IMG/VR virus record: IMGVR_UViG_2558860170_000007 | Source of the DNA: a virus | Taxonomy: Duplodnaviria; Heunggongvirae; Uroviricota; Caudoviricetes | Length of the DNA stretch: 48,271 nt | Direction: 5' to 3' (one strand) | Part shown: positions 21,650-36,493 of the stretch, one piece after another | Layout: the number at the start of each line of letters is the position of its first letter | Numbering within the stretch: position 1 is the first letter of the stretch | Program-made: the position numbers and the translations under genes | The notes under the pieces: model-generated | Database searches by the model: none | Told to the model about the DNA's origin: nothing | The model's input: the letters and a program-made list of their open reading frames with translations, nothing else

Positions 21650-22224
21650 CGCTTTATTACCATTCTCAGTTGATGCTGCAGCGCATAGCCCAGCTCTTTC
21701 GGAAGACGTTCACGCCGTATCCGTTCAATATTCTGTTTAAACGCCGTGGTCAGCGGCACCGCCATCGGGATTTTCACCACATCAATGGGGTAACGGTTTT
21801 TCCCGGCCACACGCTGCATAACATGCCACCGGCCGTTTTTCAGTTGCTGAATAAACGCGCCGGGAATACGACGGTTACCCACCACAAGCACGCTGCCGCC
21901 ACCTTTCAGGGATGAACGCTGCCCCTTTTTATGACGCCTGCGGCGGGACAGGACAACCCGCGCATTACCCAGCTTGATTACGGGCAAATCCCCCCGGTTA
22001 ACTTTGATTCTGGCCTGCGGATTTTTGACCGTGGCCCTTTTCAGCCTGGCCCTTTCCTTTACCAGTTTCCGGCGTACCTTTGTCTCACGGGCAACCTGTG
22101 ACGCAGACTGCGATATCGCGGATGAAGCAACGCGGTTAATGGCCATTGCGGCGGCACCGGGCACCGCCGTTTTGCTGATACGGCTGAGGTTTTCAACGGC
22201 CTGCTCAAGACCTTTTATGGCCAT
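21646..22224 (-). CDS. Z: Tail completion protein Z
   Basis: 192 aa, MAIKGLEQAVENLSRISKTAVPGAAAMAINRVASSAISQ... Confidence 0.9.
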   Translation of the reverse strand: MAIKGLEQAVENLSRISKTAVPGAAAMAINRVASSAISQSASQVARETKVRRKLVKERARLKRATVKNPQARIKVNRGDLPVIKLGNARVVLSRRRRHKKGQRSSLKGGGSVLVVGNRRIPGAFIQQLKNGRWHVMQRVAGKNRYPIDVVKIPMAVPLTTAFKQNIERIRRERLPKELGYALQHQLRMVIKR

Positions 22225-22235
22225 ACATCCCCCTT

Positions 22236-22589
22236 TCAGCGGCGACGGTTAACGGCAGGCGGTACGCCCCGTCCAAGCCAGAGATGACAACTTCCGCCAT
22301 CATCCGGCGAAACCCGATCTACCCAGAAATTTTCCTCACCGATGGTCAGCGTGTCTCCACGCCGCAGCTGCCGCACCTCATCAGTCCGGACAAACAGGGA
22401 CGGGCTGGAGCCTTCAACGCGCACGCCCTGTCCGGCATAGCTGATATTTTCAGGGTCATCAAAAACACCACGTATCACCGCACCTGACTGCTCACCGGAT
22501 GTCATGGTGGCTGACGTTCCCATGTACCCGCGTATCGTTTCATCGGCGCGGGCAATGGCAGCATCGAACAGGTTATCGAAATCAGCCAC
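22236..22589 (-). CDS. FII: Head-tail connector protein FII
   Basis: 117 aa, MADFDNLFDAAIARADETIRGYMG... Confidence 0.85.
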   Translation of the reverse strand: MADFDNLFDAAIARADETIRGYMGTSATMTSGEQSGAVIRGVFDDPENISYAGQGVRVEGSSPSLFVRTDEVRQLRRGDTLTIGEENFWVDRVSPDDGGSCHLWLGRGVPPAVNRRR

Positions 22590-22600
22590 AGCGCCTCCCG

Positions 22601-22999
22601 TTATTGCATTCTGGCCAGGCCGCGCTCTGTCATTTCGGCTGCCACACCGGCAGAGACACGAAACGCCGTTCCCGGCAGCACAAATGCCACAGGTTTATCC
22701 CGCGTGGCGTGAAGTGCATCAGTATGCAGCGTCACCAGTGCCACGACCGTGACCAGTTCAGCCGTATCCTGAATCACGGTATCCGGCTGCGCTGATACCA
22801 CCTCATTTTCATGCCCGGTCAGCACATTTTCCCGGCTGAGAGGGGTGTCCTGACCGGCAGTTTCATCCGTGTCATCAAGCTCTTCTTCCAGCTCTGCCAC
22901 ACGAAGCGCCAGTTCTTCTTTCGTTCCCGTCAAACTGACATCGCGGTTCAATTGCTCACCCAGCTCCTGAAGACGGGCAATCAGTTCATCTTTCGTCAT
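22601..22999 (-). CDS. FI: DNA packaging protein FI
   Basis: 132 aa from MTKDELIARLQELGEQLNRDVSL... (the ORF track extends 13 codons upstream). Confidence 0.8.
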   Translation of the reverse strand: MTKDELIARLQELGEQLNRDVSLTGTKEELALRVAELEEELDDTDETAGQDTPLSRENVLTGHENEVVSAQPDTVIQDTAELVTVVALVTLHTDALHATRDKPVAFVLPGTAFRVSAGVAAEMTERGLARMQ

Positions 23000-23040
23000 G
23001 AACTCCTCCACAGAGAGAAAATGGCCCCGAAGGGCCATGA

Positions 23041-24066
23041 TTACGCCAGTTGAACGGACACGAACTCATCAGGATCAGCCAGCAGCATCAGCGGTGCTGA
23101 CTGAATCATGGTGAACTCACGCGCCGGATCGCCGGTGGTCACCCAGTTTTTCGGGTAACGGGCAGAGGCGTTAATGCCTTCGCGCTGTGCGTCCGCATCC
23201 TGAATGCAGCCATAGGTGCGCAGACCGCGAGCCTGAGTGTTCCCCAGCACCATCGTGTTGTCCGGCAGGAAGTTCTTTTTGACGCCGTTTTCCACGTACT
23301 GTCCGGAATACACGACGATGGCCACATCGCCATACATTCCCTTATAGGACACCGCTTTGCCCAGGTCTTTTACCGCTGTCTCCAGCTCGGAATGAGAGCC
23401 GCGACGGGTATCCAGCTTCTCCTTGACGGCTTTGAAGGAACGGAACAGCGCCCAGCCTTTCGGGTCAAACACGATGATATTCACCACACCGCTGGCGTTC
23501 AGCGCGTAGGCTTCGATATCGTCGGTCGGGTCATACGTGGACTTGTCACGCTTGCTCCACTCCGTGACGCCGGACTGTGTGATGTTGTTCGCCGCACTGC
23601 GGCCCATATCCACCTCAACCGGATCGAAGGCTTCACCGGTCATGGTGTATTTGCCCTTGAGCACGGCAGAAACTGCCTGCATCTCTTCGACCTGAGCAAT
23701 GGCCAGCTCTTCGTCACGCATGTTCTGCATGATGATGCGACGGCGGCGGTAAGCCGGGTCCGCCAGATTCTGCGGATCTTCATCCGGCAGGCGACGCAGG
23801 GTCATCTGCGGATTCACCTCATGCTTGGGTTTGACATATCCCGGCGTAAATTCAGAGGTGGAGCCGCCACGGGAACGGATAACCTCACCGGAAACAATCG
23901 GCGAAACGTACAGCGCCATGTTTACCAGTCCCGGAATTTGTGAGAGATAGACTTTCTCCGTAGTGAAGGGATAGCTCTCACGGAAAAAGAGACGCAGAAA
24001 CAGCGGATCAAACTTAAATTTCTGCTCATTTGCCGCCAGCAGCTGGGCGGTTGTGTACATCGACAT
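23041..24066 (-). CDS. E: Major capsid protein E
   Basis: 341 aa from MSMYTTAQLLAANEQKFKFDPLFLRLFFRESYPF... Confidence 0.9.
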   Translation of the reverse strand: MSMYTTAQLLAANEQKFKFDPLFLRLFFRESYPFTTEKVYLSQIPGLVNMALYVSPIVSGEVIRSRGGSTSEFTPGYVKPKHEVNPQMTLRRLPDEDPQNLADPAYRRRRIIMQNMRDEELAIAQVEEMQAVSAVLKGKYTMTGEAFDPVEVDMGRSAANNITQSGVTEWSKRDKSTYDPTDDIEAYALNASGVVNIIVFDPKGWALFRSFKAVKEKLDTRRGSHSELETAVKDLGKAVSYKGMYGDVAIVVYSGQYVENGVKKNFLPDNTMVLGNTQARGLRTYGCIQDADAQREGINASARYPKNWVTTGDPAREFTMIQSAPLMLLADPDEFVSVQLA

Positions 24067-24121
24067 AAAAAAATCCCGTAAAAAAAGCCGCACAGGCGGC
24101 CTTTAGTGATGAAGGGTAAAG

Positions 24122-24454
24122 TTAAACGATGCTGATTGCCGTTCCGGCAAACACGGTCCGTTTTTTCGTCTCGTCGCTGGCAGCCTCCGGCCAGAGCACA
24201 TCCTCATAACGGAACGTGCCGGACTTGTAGAACGTCAGTGTGGTGCTGGTCTGGTCAGCAGCAACCGCAAGAATGCCAACGGCAGCACCGTCGGTGGTGC
24301 CATCCCACGCAACCAGCTTACGGGTGGAGGTGTCCAGCATCAGCGGGGTCATTGCAGGCGCTTTCGCACTCAATCCGCCGGGCGCGGTTGCGGTATGAGC
24401 CGGGTCACTATTGCCCAGCGGCTGGTAATGGGTAAAGGTTTCTTTGCTCGTCAT
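24122..24454 (-). CDS. D: Head decoration protein D
   Basis: 110 aa from [27 protein letters not shown]... Confidence 0.9.
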   Translation of the reverse strand: MTSKETFTHYQPLGNSDPAHTATAPGGLSAKAPAMTPLMLDTSTRKLVAWDGTTDGAAVGILAVAADQTSTTLTFYKSGTFRYEDVLWPEAASDETKKRTVFAGTAISIV

Positions 24455-24463
24455 AAACATCCC

Positions 24464-25763
24464 TTACACTGGTGTGTTCAGCAAATCGTTAACGGCATCA
24501 GATGCCGGGTTACCTGCAGCCAGCGGTGCCGGTGCCCCCTGCATCAGACGATCCAGCGCAGTGTCACTGCGCGTCTGTGCACTCTGTGGTGCTGCGGCCA
24601 GAATACGGCGGGCCGTTTCCACGGTCATACCGGGGGTTTCGGCCAGCACGCGTGCCTGTTCTTCGCGTCCGTGAGCCTCCTCACAGTTGAGGATCCCCAT
24701 AATGCGACTGTTTTCTGCCGCAACCGCTGCGGTGATCTGCGCGTTCACGTCCGGCTGCGCCGCGCTGGCGTTCTCGCCCTCCGTCGCTTGCACCACGCCA
24801 GTAACGTCAGCCTGCGAAGCAGTGGCTGAAACAGTTGTTGATTGAGTCTCTTTGGTCATTCGCCCTCCTGAGAGACGGGATTTACGTGCATCCAGTGCAT
24901 CACGCATGACGGTGATCGCATCGGTACTGTTAACAAGTTCATCAGCCAGTCCGGCATCAATGGCCTCCTGACCGCTGTACACTGCAGCCTCGGTATCCAG
25001 CACAGCCTGCACGGACAGGCCGGTATATGCCGACACCTTCTGTGCAAACATCCGGCGGGTTGCATCCATCCGGGACTGCAATGTTTCCCGGACATCATCC
25101 GGTAGATGGCTGTAGGGGTTGCCATCCACCTTATGGCTGCCGCTGTAAATCAGCGTGATTTCCACGCCCTGTTTCTCCAGTGCAGCGCCGTAATTACTGT
25201 GAGCCATCATGACGCCGATGGAGCCTGTCCGGGCGGTCTGCGTGACCAGACGCCGGGAGGCGGCACTGGCAAGCAGCTGACCTGCGCTGCAGTTCATGTC
25301 ATTGGCCAGCGCCCATACCGGCTTTATGTCACGCACACGGGCGATGATGTCAGCGCAGTCAAATGCTCCCGCCACCATTCCGCCCGGTGTGTCCATATCG
25401 AGCAGAATGCCGTCCACCATCGGGTCGCTGGCAGCCTGTTGCAGACGGGCGATAATGCCGTTGTAACCGGTCATCCCCGAGTACGGCTGCAGCGCCCGCG
25501 TCCGGCTGACCAGCGTGCCGGACACCGGCAGCACGGCGATGCCGTTCATTACCTGATAACTGCGGGCCTGTCGTGGTCCGTCATCATCACCGGATAACGC
25601 CAGCGCCGCGGGTGCCTCTCCGGCAGTCAGGCTGTCGCCGGATACTGCATCCGTCAGGCAGCTGATCCCAAGCTGGCCTGCAAGCGCACAAAAGAAAACC
25701 CGCGCATAGGCGGGTTCAAGCATCAGCGGCTCATTAAAAGCCATGCTGGCAATATGCGGGAGA

Positions 25764-25783
<20 letters not shown>
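24464..25783 (-). CDS. C: Capsid assembly protease C (S49/ClpP-like), with scaffold Nu3 nested in-frame in its 3' part
   Basis: 439 aa from MTAELRNLPHIASMAFNEPLMLEP...; the ORF track extends 45 codons upstream, overlapping B. Confidence 0.85.
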
Positions 25784-29464
<3,681 letters not shown>

Positions 29465-29490
<26 letters not shown>

Positions 29491-30010
29491 TCAGCAACCC
29501 CGGTATCAGTTCATCCAGCGCGGCTGCTTTGTTCATGGCTTTGATGATATCCCGTTTCAGGAAATCAACATGTCGGTTTTCCAGTTCCGGAAAACGCCGC
29601 TGCACCGACAGGGGGATCCCGTCGAGAATACTGGCAATTTCACCTGCGATCCGCGACAGCACGAAAGTACAGAATGCGGTTTCCACCACTTCAGCGGAGT
29701 CTCTGGCATTTTTCAGCTCCTGTGCGTCGGCCTGCGCACGCGTAAGTCGATGGCGTTCGTACTCAATAGTCCCTGGCTGGAGATCTGTCTCGCTGGCCTG
29801 CCGCAGTTCTTCAACTTCCCGGCGCAGCTTTTCGTTCTCAATTTCAGCATCCCTTTCGGCATACCATCTTATAACGGCGGCAGAGTCATAAAGCACCTCA
29901 TTACCCTTGCCACCGCCTCGCAGAACGGGCATTCCCTGTTCCTGCCAGTTCTGAATGGTACGGATACTCGCACCGAAAATGTCAGCCAGCTGCTTTTTGT
30001 TGACTTCCAT
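29465..30010 (-). CDS. Nu1: Terminase small subunit Nu1
   Basis: 181 aa, MEVNKKQLADIFGASIRTIQNWQEQGMPVLRGGGKGNEVLYD... with a winged-helix N-terminus. Confidence 0.9.
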
Positions 30011-30019
30011 TGTTCATTC

Positions 30020-30260
30020 CACGGACAAAAACAGAGAAAGGAAACGACAGAGGCCAAAAAGCCCGTTTTCAGCACCTGTCGTTTCCTTTCTTTTCAGGGG
30101 GTGTTTTAAATAAAAACATTAGGTTACGGCGAAGAAGAACGGAAACGCCTTAAACCGGAAAATTGTCATAAATAGCGAAAACCCGCGCGCCTTCCGCCCC
30201 GTAACCTGTCGGATCGCCGGAAAGGACCCGCAAAATGATAATAATTATCATCTACATGTC
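30020..30260. other. Phage cos region (cosB/cosN/cosQ) adjacent to Nu1
   Basis: Sequence upstream of Nu1 is collinear with the lambda left end as recalled (AAAGGAAACGACAGGTGCTGAAA..., TTTTCGCTATTTATGA...). Inferred cosN at about 30189-30200 reads GGGCGGAAGGCG on the phage strand, differing from lambda GGGCGGCGACCT. Confidence 0.6.
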
Positions 30261-30398
30261 ACAACGTGCATCTACGCCATCAAACCACGTCAAATAATCA
30301 ATTATGACGCAGGTATCGTATTAATTGATCTGCATCAACTTAACGTAAAAACAACTTCAGACAATACAAATCAGCGACACTGAATACAGGGCAACCTC

Positions 30399-30632
30399 AT
30401 GTCAACGAAGAACAGAACCCGCAGAACAACAACCCGCAACATCCGCTTTCCTAACCAAATGATTGAACAAATTAACATCGCTCTTGTTCAAAAAGGGTCC
30501 GGGAATTTCTCAGCCTGGGTCATTGAAGCCTGCCGCCGGAGACTGTGCTCAGAAAAAAGAGTTTCGCCTGAAGCAAACAAAGAAAAGAGTGACATTACTG
30601 AATTGCTCAGAAAACAGGTTAGACCAGATTGA
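30399..30632 (+). CDS. ylcI: YlcI-like small protein (DUF3950), ribbon-helix-helix-like
   Basis: 77 aa, MSTKNRTRRTTTRNIRFPNQMIEQINIALVQKGSGNFSAWVIEACRRRL...; position next to cos matches the DLP12 layout. Confidence 0.6.
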   Translation: MSTKNRTRRTTTRNIRFPNQMIEQINIALVQKGSGNFSAWVIEACRRRLCSEKRVSPEANKEKSDITELLRKQVRPD

Positions 30633-30689
30633 AGCAATTTAGATAATCGTGCAGACTACGCCCCCTCATATCACATGGAAGGTACTACA

Positions 30690-31100
30690 ATGGCTCAGGT
30701 TGCCATTTTTAAACAAATATTCGATAAAGTGCGAAATAATTTAAACTATCACTGGTTTTATTCTGAACTAAAACGTCACAATGTCTCACATTACATTTAC
30801 TATTTAGCCACAGAGAATATTCATCTTGTTCTTGAAAACGATAATACGGTTTTAATAAAAGGACAGGGTAAGGTTGTAAATGTAAGATTTTCAAAAAATA
30901 AATGCCTTATAGAAGCCACCTTAAAAGGATTCAAATCAGGAGAGTTATCATTTTACGAATACAGGAAAAATCTTGCTACAGCAGGGGTTTTCAGATGGAT
31001 TACAAATATCCACGAAAACAAAAGGTATTACTATACCTTTGATAATTCATTACTCTTTACTGAGAACATACAGAACACTACACAAATATTTCCGCACTAA
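30690..31100 (+). CDS. ybcV: YbcV-like protein (DUF1398)
   Basis: [58 protein letters not shown]...; start taken at the internal Met (ORF track 30675). Confidence 0.65.
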   Translation: MAQVAIFKQIFDKVRNNLNYHWFYSELKRHNVSHYIYYLATENIHLVLENDNTVLIKGQGKVVNVRFSKNKCLIEATLKGFKSGELSFYEYRKNLATAGVFRWITNIHENKRYYYTFDNSLLFTENIQNTTQIFPH

Positions 31101-31266
31101 ATCATAACGTCCGGTTTCTTCCGTGCCAGAACCGGACTCGCTGGCATGATGAAATATGTGTACCCGGTAACCCCGGTGTGCATCGTTTTTGATTATTCCC
31201 GCACACTCGCGCAGAAGGAGTTCCCCGTCGGGCTACGGTCTCTGTTAATACGGGAATACGGCGACG

Positions 31267-32599
31267 ATTGGATTTGCCCCTATATTTCCAGACATCTGTT
31301 ATCACTTAACCCATTACAAGCCCGCTGCCGCAGATATTCCCGTGGCGAGCGATAACCCAGCGCACTATGCGGATGCCATTCGTTATAATGCTCGAACGCC
31401 TCTGCAAGGTTCTTTGCTGCCGTTAACCCGTCTGGTTTGGGCATGATACTGATGTAGTCACGCTTTATCGTTTTCACGAAGCTCTCTGCTATTCCGTTAC
31501 TCTCCGGACTCCGCACCGCCGTGTTCTTCGGTTCAAGTCCCAACATCCGGGCGAACTGGCGTGTTTCATTAGCCCGGTAGCATGAACCATTATCCGTCAG
31601 CCACTCCACTGGAGACGACGGAAGATCGTTGCCGAAGCGGCGTTCCACCGCTCCCAGCATGACGTCCTGTACTGTTTCACTGTTGAAGCCGCCGGTAGTC
31701 ACCGCCCAGTGCAGTGCCTCACGATCACAGCAGTCCAGCGCGAACGTGACACGCAGTCTCTCTCCGTTATCACAGCAGAACTCGAACCCGTCAGAGCACC
31801 ATCGCTGATTGCTTTCTTTCACGGCCACTCTGCCTGTATGTGCCCGTTTCGATGGCGGTACAGCAGGTTTTCGCTCAAGCAACAGCGCATTCTGGCGCAT
31901 GATCCGGTAAACACGTTTGGCATTGATCGCAGGCATACCATCAAGTTCTGCCTGTCTGCGAAGCAGCGCCCATACCCGACGATAACCATACGTGGGCAGC
32001 TCTCCGATAACATGGTGTATACGGAGAAGCACATCCGTATCATCAGTGTGACGACTGCGGCGGCCATCCATCCAGTCATCGGTTCGTCTGAGAATGACGT
32101 GCAACTGCGCACGCGACACCCGGAGACAACGGCTGACTAAGCTTACTCCCCATCCCCGGGCAATAAGGGCGCGTGCGCTATCCACTTTTTTGCCCGTCCA
32201 TATTCAACGGCTTCTTTGAGGAGTTCATTTTCCATCGTTTTCTTGCCGAGCAGGCGCTGGAGTTCTTTAATCTGCTTCATGGCGGCAGCAAGTTCAGAGG
32301 CAGGAACAACCTGTTCTCCGGCGGCGACAGCAGTAAGACTTCCTTCCTGGTATTGCTTACGCCAGAGAAATAACTGGCTGGCTGCTACACCATGTTGCCG
32401 GGCAACGAGGGAGACCGTCATCCCCGGTTCAAAGCTCTGCTGAACAATTGCGATCTTTTCCTGTGTGGTACGCCGTCTGCGTTTCTCCGGCCCTAAGACA
32501 TCAATCATCTGTACTCCAATGACTAGTCTAAAAACTAGTATTAAGACTATCACTTATTTAAGTGATACTGGTTGTCTGGAGATTCAGGGGGCCAGTCTA
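31267..32599 (-). mobile_element. IS2 (1333 bp), complete copy with 5-bp target duplication
   Basis: Ends TGGATTTGCCCCTATATTTCCAGACA (31267 onward) and TAGACTGGCCCCCTGAATCTCCAGACA (reverse complement ending at 32599); InsC-type OrfA (32143..32553) and InsD-type OrfB (31280..32185) on the minus strand; direct repeat ACGAT at 31262-31266 and 32600-32604. Confidence 0.9.
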
Positions 32600-33024
32600 A
32601 CGATACAGCGCATGATGTGTCAGGCTTGAATACCTTTATCCTTTAAAAGGGATATCAGTTAAGTTATCCCGTGTAGGGTATAAGCCATTATCAAAGCCAC
32701 TCTGTAGGGAATGGCTTTTGTGATGGCATCACTTACTCTTTACGCTGCTATCCCACTCATCCCGGAATTTTGATGGGTTATTGAAACCTTCTGCTGACAT
32801 AACAACTCCTTCAATGTTTGGCTGAAATTGGGATGTCTTTCCATCAGTCCGCCACCACAAAGAATCTTTTTTGCCATAAGGCAGGAGGTTCATCTTTCAG
32901 TGGCTGCCGGTGTTATTTCCCCACTTACTGGCTTGGGTTGTTTCGTGGTACTGCCGTTAACTGGTGGCCCAGAATAAATTCCGGTTTCATTATCAAGCCC
33001 ACCCGTAAATGGGCTTTGTAATGG

Positions 33025-33282
33025 CTACTTCGCTTTTGCTTCCGCTCGCTTACGCCGGCGCTCTTCTTTCCTCTCGGCTTTTGCCATGTCCATGAATGCC
33101 TGCATGATCGAGTTCCGCATCATGTAGCTAACAAAGTGATGATTGACACAGCCGTTGAGGCGCAGCTGCTCGCCAAACTCATCCACCGAGGCCAATGCTT
33201 CCATCATGCCCTTCTCGCCTTTCATGAACTCTGAGAAGTCGCGCCCCGCTCTGGAGGCGCATTCAATAACATGATCACTCAT
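33025..33282 (-). CDS. Hypothetical small phage protein with basic Lys/Arg/Glu-rich C-terminus
   Basis: 85-aa ORF whose start overlaps the stop of the upstream KilA-N-like gene (ATGA); no family recognised. Confidence 0.4.
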   Translation of the reverse strand: MSDHVIECASRAGRDFSEFMKGEKGMMEALASVDEFGEQLRLNGCVNHHFVSYMMRNSIMQAFMDMAKAERKEERRRKRAEAKAK

Positions 33283-33776
33283 CCCGGAAGCCCGGGGATC
33301 GTAATCTGCAGCTGGTTAGCCAGGGAGTTAATCTCAGCGACCAACACTGGCTTCGTATAGCGCCATGCTGCCAGCCCTTGTCCGCAGAAGCTCGCCATGT
33401 CTTTCTTCTGGTCAAATTCATGACATTTCATGTTGAGCTGCGCACTTAAGCTGTTGCGATGCTGAAGTTCTCCGGTGAAGTAGTCATCGAGGACTTTATA
33501 GGCCGCGTACTTGAACCCGGGGTTTAACCAAGCCGCATAATCGTAAGCAACAAACTTCCCGCCATATGTTCCACCGTGTACACCGCGCTCAGTAAAAACC
33601 ACAGATTCGTGGTTTTTCTCCAGCTCGGCTAAGAACTCTTTGGTCTGCTTGTTTCGCAGGTAGTGGTAAGGCGATTCAGATTCACTTTTACCACTGGCTT
33701 TCCACATATCAGTGAGGCAGATCATGCCATCTTCACCGATACGAATTGGTTGATTGAAGAGGGTTAATGATTTCAT
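33279..33776 (-). CDS. KilA-N domain-like phage protein (putative DNA-binding/antirepressor-like)
   Basis: 165 aa; N-terminal region (…IRIGEDGMICLTDMWKASGKSESESPYHYLRNKQTKEFLAEL…) resembles the KilA-N/APSES pattern. Assignment is from motif recall only. Confidence 0.5.
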   Translation of the reverse strand: MKSLTLFNQPIRIGEDGMICLTDMWKASGKSESESPYHYLRNKQTKEFLAELEKNHESVVFTERGVHGGTYGGKFVAYDYAAWLNPGFKYAAYKVLDDYFTGELQHRNSLSAQLNMKCHEFDQKKDMASFCGQGLAAWRYTKPVLVAEINSLANQLQITIPGLPG

Positions 33777-33977
33777 AGCGTGTACCTACTCTTTGAAATG
33801 AACCTTTGCCGCACAGGAAACCAGCCCACCGAGGCTCGCCAGCACTAACTGGTATCCTCAAAGGCCCATTCCAAAGGGGCAGGTTCGGTGTAAAAAACAT
33901 GCGTTGCGGTACGCATTTATTGCAAAAAGCCCCGCATCGCGAGGCTCATTAAATGGACTTTGTGATTTGCAAAAAAA

Positions 33978-34436
33978 TTATTTCAGGCATTGCGTCCTGA
34001 TGTATTCCTGCAGGTAGTTAACCTGCGCGGTTATCTTGTCGATTCCACTTCGGAGACGGTAATAATTGAGTTCAGCATCTGCTGTAAGTCCTGGGCTTTC
34101 TCCATCGCCCATGCCGCTGGCTCCGGTCGTTGACTTTGCACAGGTGGCGGCGACTTGCAGGCGCTTACGCCCAGCAGAAACATCAGCACGGAGACTTTCG
34201 ATAGTCGCGTTAGCATCAGCAAGCTCCTTTATGTATCTTGCGTCGAGTTCTGCTACATCACGTTGACGCTTCCGCATGTCAGCGATGGTGGCGTTCGCCT
34301 TCTCCAGTTCACTGGCCTTGTTATCGCGCTGCTCTTTGTAGGCGATTGCGTTATCACGGTAATGATTAACAGCCAATGACAGGCAGACGATGATGCAGAT
34401 AACCAGAGCGGAGATAATCGCGGTTACTCTGCTCAT
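33978..34436 (-). CDS. Rz: Spanin inner-membrane subunit Rz (i-spanin)
   Basis: [30 protein letters not shown]..., N-terminal TM helix plus coiled-coil periplasmic domain; start at the internal Met. Confidence 0.8.
   Translation of the reverse strand: MSRVTAIISALVICIIVCLSLAVNHYRDNAIAYKEQRDNKASELEKANATIADMRKRQRDVAELDARYIKELADANATIESLRADVSAGRKRLQVAATCAKSTTGASGMGDGESPGLTADAELNYYRLRSGIDKITAQVNYLQEYIRTQCLK
34031..34222 (-). CDS. Rz1: Spanin outer-membrane lipoprotein Rz1 (o-spanin), embedded in Rz in the +1 frame
   Basis: 63-aa ORF wholly inside Rz; lipoprotein signal with Cys (…LLGVSAC…) and Pro-rich mature part. Confidence 0.7.
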   Translation of the reverse strand: MLMLTRLSKVSVLMFLLGVSACKSPPPVQSQRPEPAAWAMEKAQDLQQMLNSIITVSEVESTR

Positions 34437-34930
34437 TGTTTCCCCCACAAACAGACTTCACGCTCAATCTCACGGCGAGTCATCAGTCCTTTCCATTGAT
34501 TACCGCCAGCGTATGTCCAGCGCCGTAGCTGATCACATGCGCCTTTAATATCACCCTGGTTTATTTTGCGAAGAAGCGTCGATGTTCTGAAATTGCCAGC
34601 ACCCACGTTGTAGACGAACGAGTAAAGAGCGCAGCGCGTTGTTTCCGGTATATCGACTTTGATGTACGGGTTAATTTGTCTGGCGACAGTGGCAAGGTCT
34701 TTATTCAGGAGGGCTTTGCACTCTGCTTCGGTATACGTTTTACCGGGAATGATGTCTTTTCCTGTATGCCCGTAACATACAGTCCATACACCAACTATGT
34801 CTTTGTAAGGATTATGTCTCACACCTTCCAGACCATCGTTACCACCTGGGCCAGTGATTAACACAGATGCTATAGCAATAGCCCCGCCACCAATAGCAGC
34901 AGCAACAGCTTTTCGTAATGATGGAGGCAT
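34433..34930 (-). CDS. R: SAR endolysin (T4-lysozyme-like muramidase with N-terminal signal-anchor-release domain), phage-21 R-type
   Basis: 165 aa; weakly hydrophobic Gly/Ala-rich N-terminus [22 protein letters not shown] followed by a lysozyme catalytic region ([10 protein letters not shown]...VCYGHT). Confidence 0.85.
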   Translation of the reverse strand: MPPSLRKAVAAAIGGGAIAIASVLITGPGGNDGLEGVRHNPYKDIVGVWTVCYGHTGKDIIPGKTYTEAECKALLNKDLATVARQINPYIKVDIPETTRCALYSFVYNVGAGNFRTSTLLRKINQGDIKGACDQLRRWTYAGGNQWKGLMTRREIEREVCLWGKQ

Positions 34931-35145
34931 TATCCACCTCTCGCAGCCTTGCGCTTATCTTCTTTAATCTTGAAATAAAGGTTTGTCAGGTACGTCAGCA
35001 GGCCAAATACCAGGCTACCCAGCACTCCAATTGCCGCCCACTGTGAGGGCGTGACTTTATCTAGCAGCTGTAAAAACCAGTACCCGGCACTACCTGCTGA
35101 GGTGCCATAGGCGACACCCGTTGTTAACTTATCCATGGATTTCAT
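34930..35145 (-). CDS. S: Class II holin (pinholin, phage-21 S-type) with dual-start motif
   Basis: 71 aa, [58 protein letters not shown]...; two TM helices; Met1 and Met4 give the antiholin/holin dual start; stop overlaps the R start. Confidence 0.85.
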
Positions 35146-35335
35146 AACCCCACCTCGCAGACAAAGCGGGTGTAAATTGAGGGAATACTACGAAACGTAA
35201 CAGACTCGGAGTCAGTGAATAACTCAGGTATTGGGTTATCAGCTAATATCGAGACTCAAAAAATGGAAAAACCCGCTCGACGGCGGGTTTAAGCTGTGTG
35301 ACGAAGTAACCACTCTTAACAGCATAACCAATTTT

Positions 35336-36103
35336 GGTGATGCTGCCAACTTACTGATTTAGTGTATGATGGTGTTTTTGAGGTGCTCCAGTGGCTTCTG
35401 TTTCTATCAGCTGTCCCTCCTGTTCAGCTACTGACGGGGTGGTGCGTAACGGCAAAAGCACTGCCGGACATCAGCGCTATCTCTGCTCTCACTGCCGTAA
35501 AACATGGCAACTGCAGTTCACTTACACCGCTTCTCAACCCGGTACGCACCAGAAAATCATTGATATGGCCATGAATGGCGTTGGATGCCGGGCAACTGCA
35601 CGCATTATGGGCGTTGGCCTCAACACGATTTTACGTCACTTAAAAAACTCAGGCCGCAGTCGGTAACCTCGCGCATACAGCCGGGCAGTGACGTCATCGT
35701 CTGCGCGGAAATGGACGAACAGTGGGGCTATGTCGGGGCTAAATCGCGCCAGCGCTGGCTGTTTTACGCGTATGACAGTCTCCGGAAGACGGTTGTTGCG
35801 CACGTATTCGGTGAACGCACTATGGCGACGCTGGGGCGTCTTATGAGCCTGCTGTCACCCTTTGACGTGGTGATATGGATGACGGATGGCTGGCCGCTGT
35901 ATGAATCCCGCCTGAAGGGAAAGCTGCACGTAATCAGCAAGCGATATACGCAGCGAATTGAGCGGCATAACCTGAATCTGAGGCAGCACCTGGCACGGCT
36001 GGGACGGAAGTCGCTGTCGTTCTCAAAATCGGTGGAGCTGCATGACAAAGTCATCGGGCATTATCTGAACATAAAACACTATCAATAAGTTGGAGTCATT
36101 ACC
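35336..36103 (+). mobile_element. IS1 (768 bp), complete copy with 8-bp target duplication
   Basis: IRL GGTGATGCTGCC at 35336, IRR ...GTCATTACC ending 36103; insA 35391..35666 and insB 35585..36088; direct repeat CCAATTTT at 35328-35335 and 36104-36111. Confidence 0.95.
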
Positions 36104-36493
36104 CCAATTTTTTACGTACGTAAACCACTAAATGATATTTGCGAGAATGCTACCGAGTATTGAAAACACCACTACAAATACATAAGCAAATCCCAACAAA
36201 TAACCAACAAATAATTTCCAGTGTTATTTTTAGCCGGTTTAAATTGAACCTTCAAATTATAGAGCACTTATAAATAACAGCCGTTAATATAAATTGGCTA
36301 ATAGATTTATTTTTATTCAGCCAAGAGCCATGAATAGGATTCGATAGAAAAAAGTTCAGATAAAAATAGAGATCTACTTCACAAATCAAACGAGAAACCA
36401 AAACTTACATCTTGAAATAATCACATTGATTAGATGAATATTTATCGCGCAGTGACATCATTTTTTAATAATAGTTCAAAAAAAGGGCTCACG

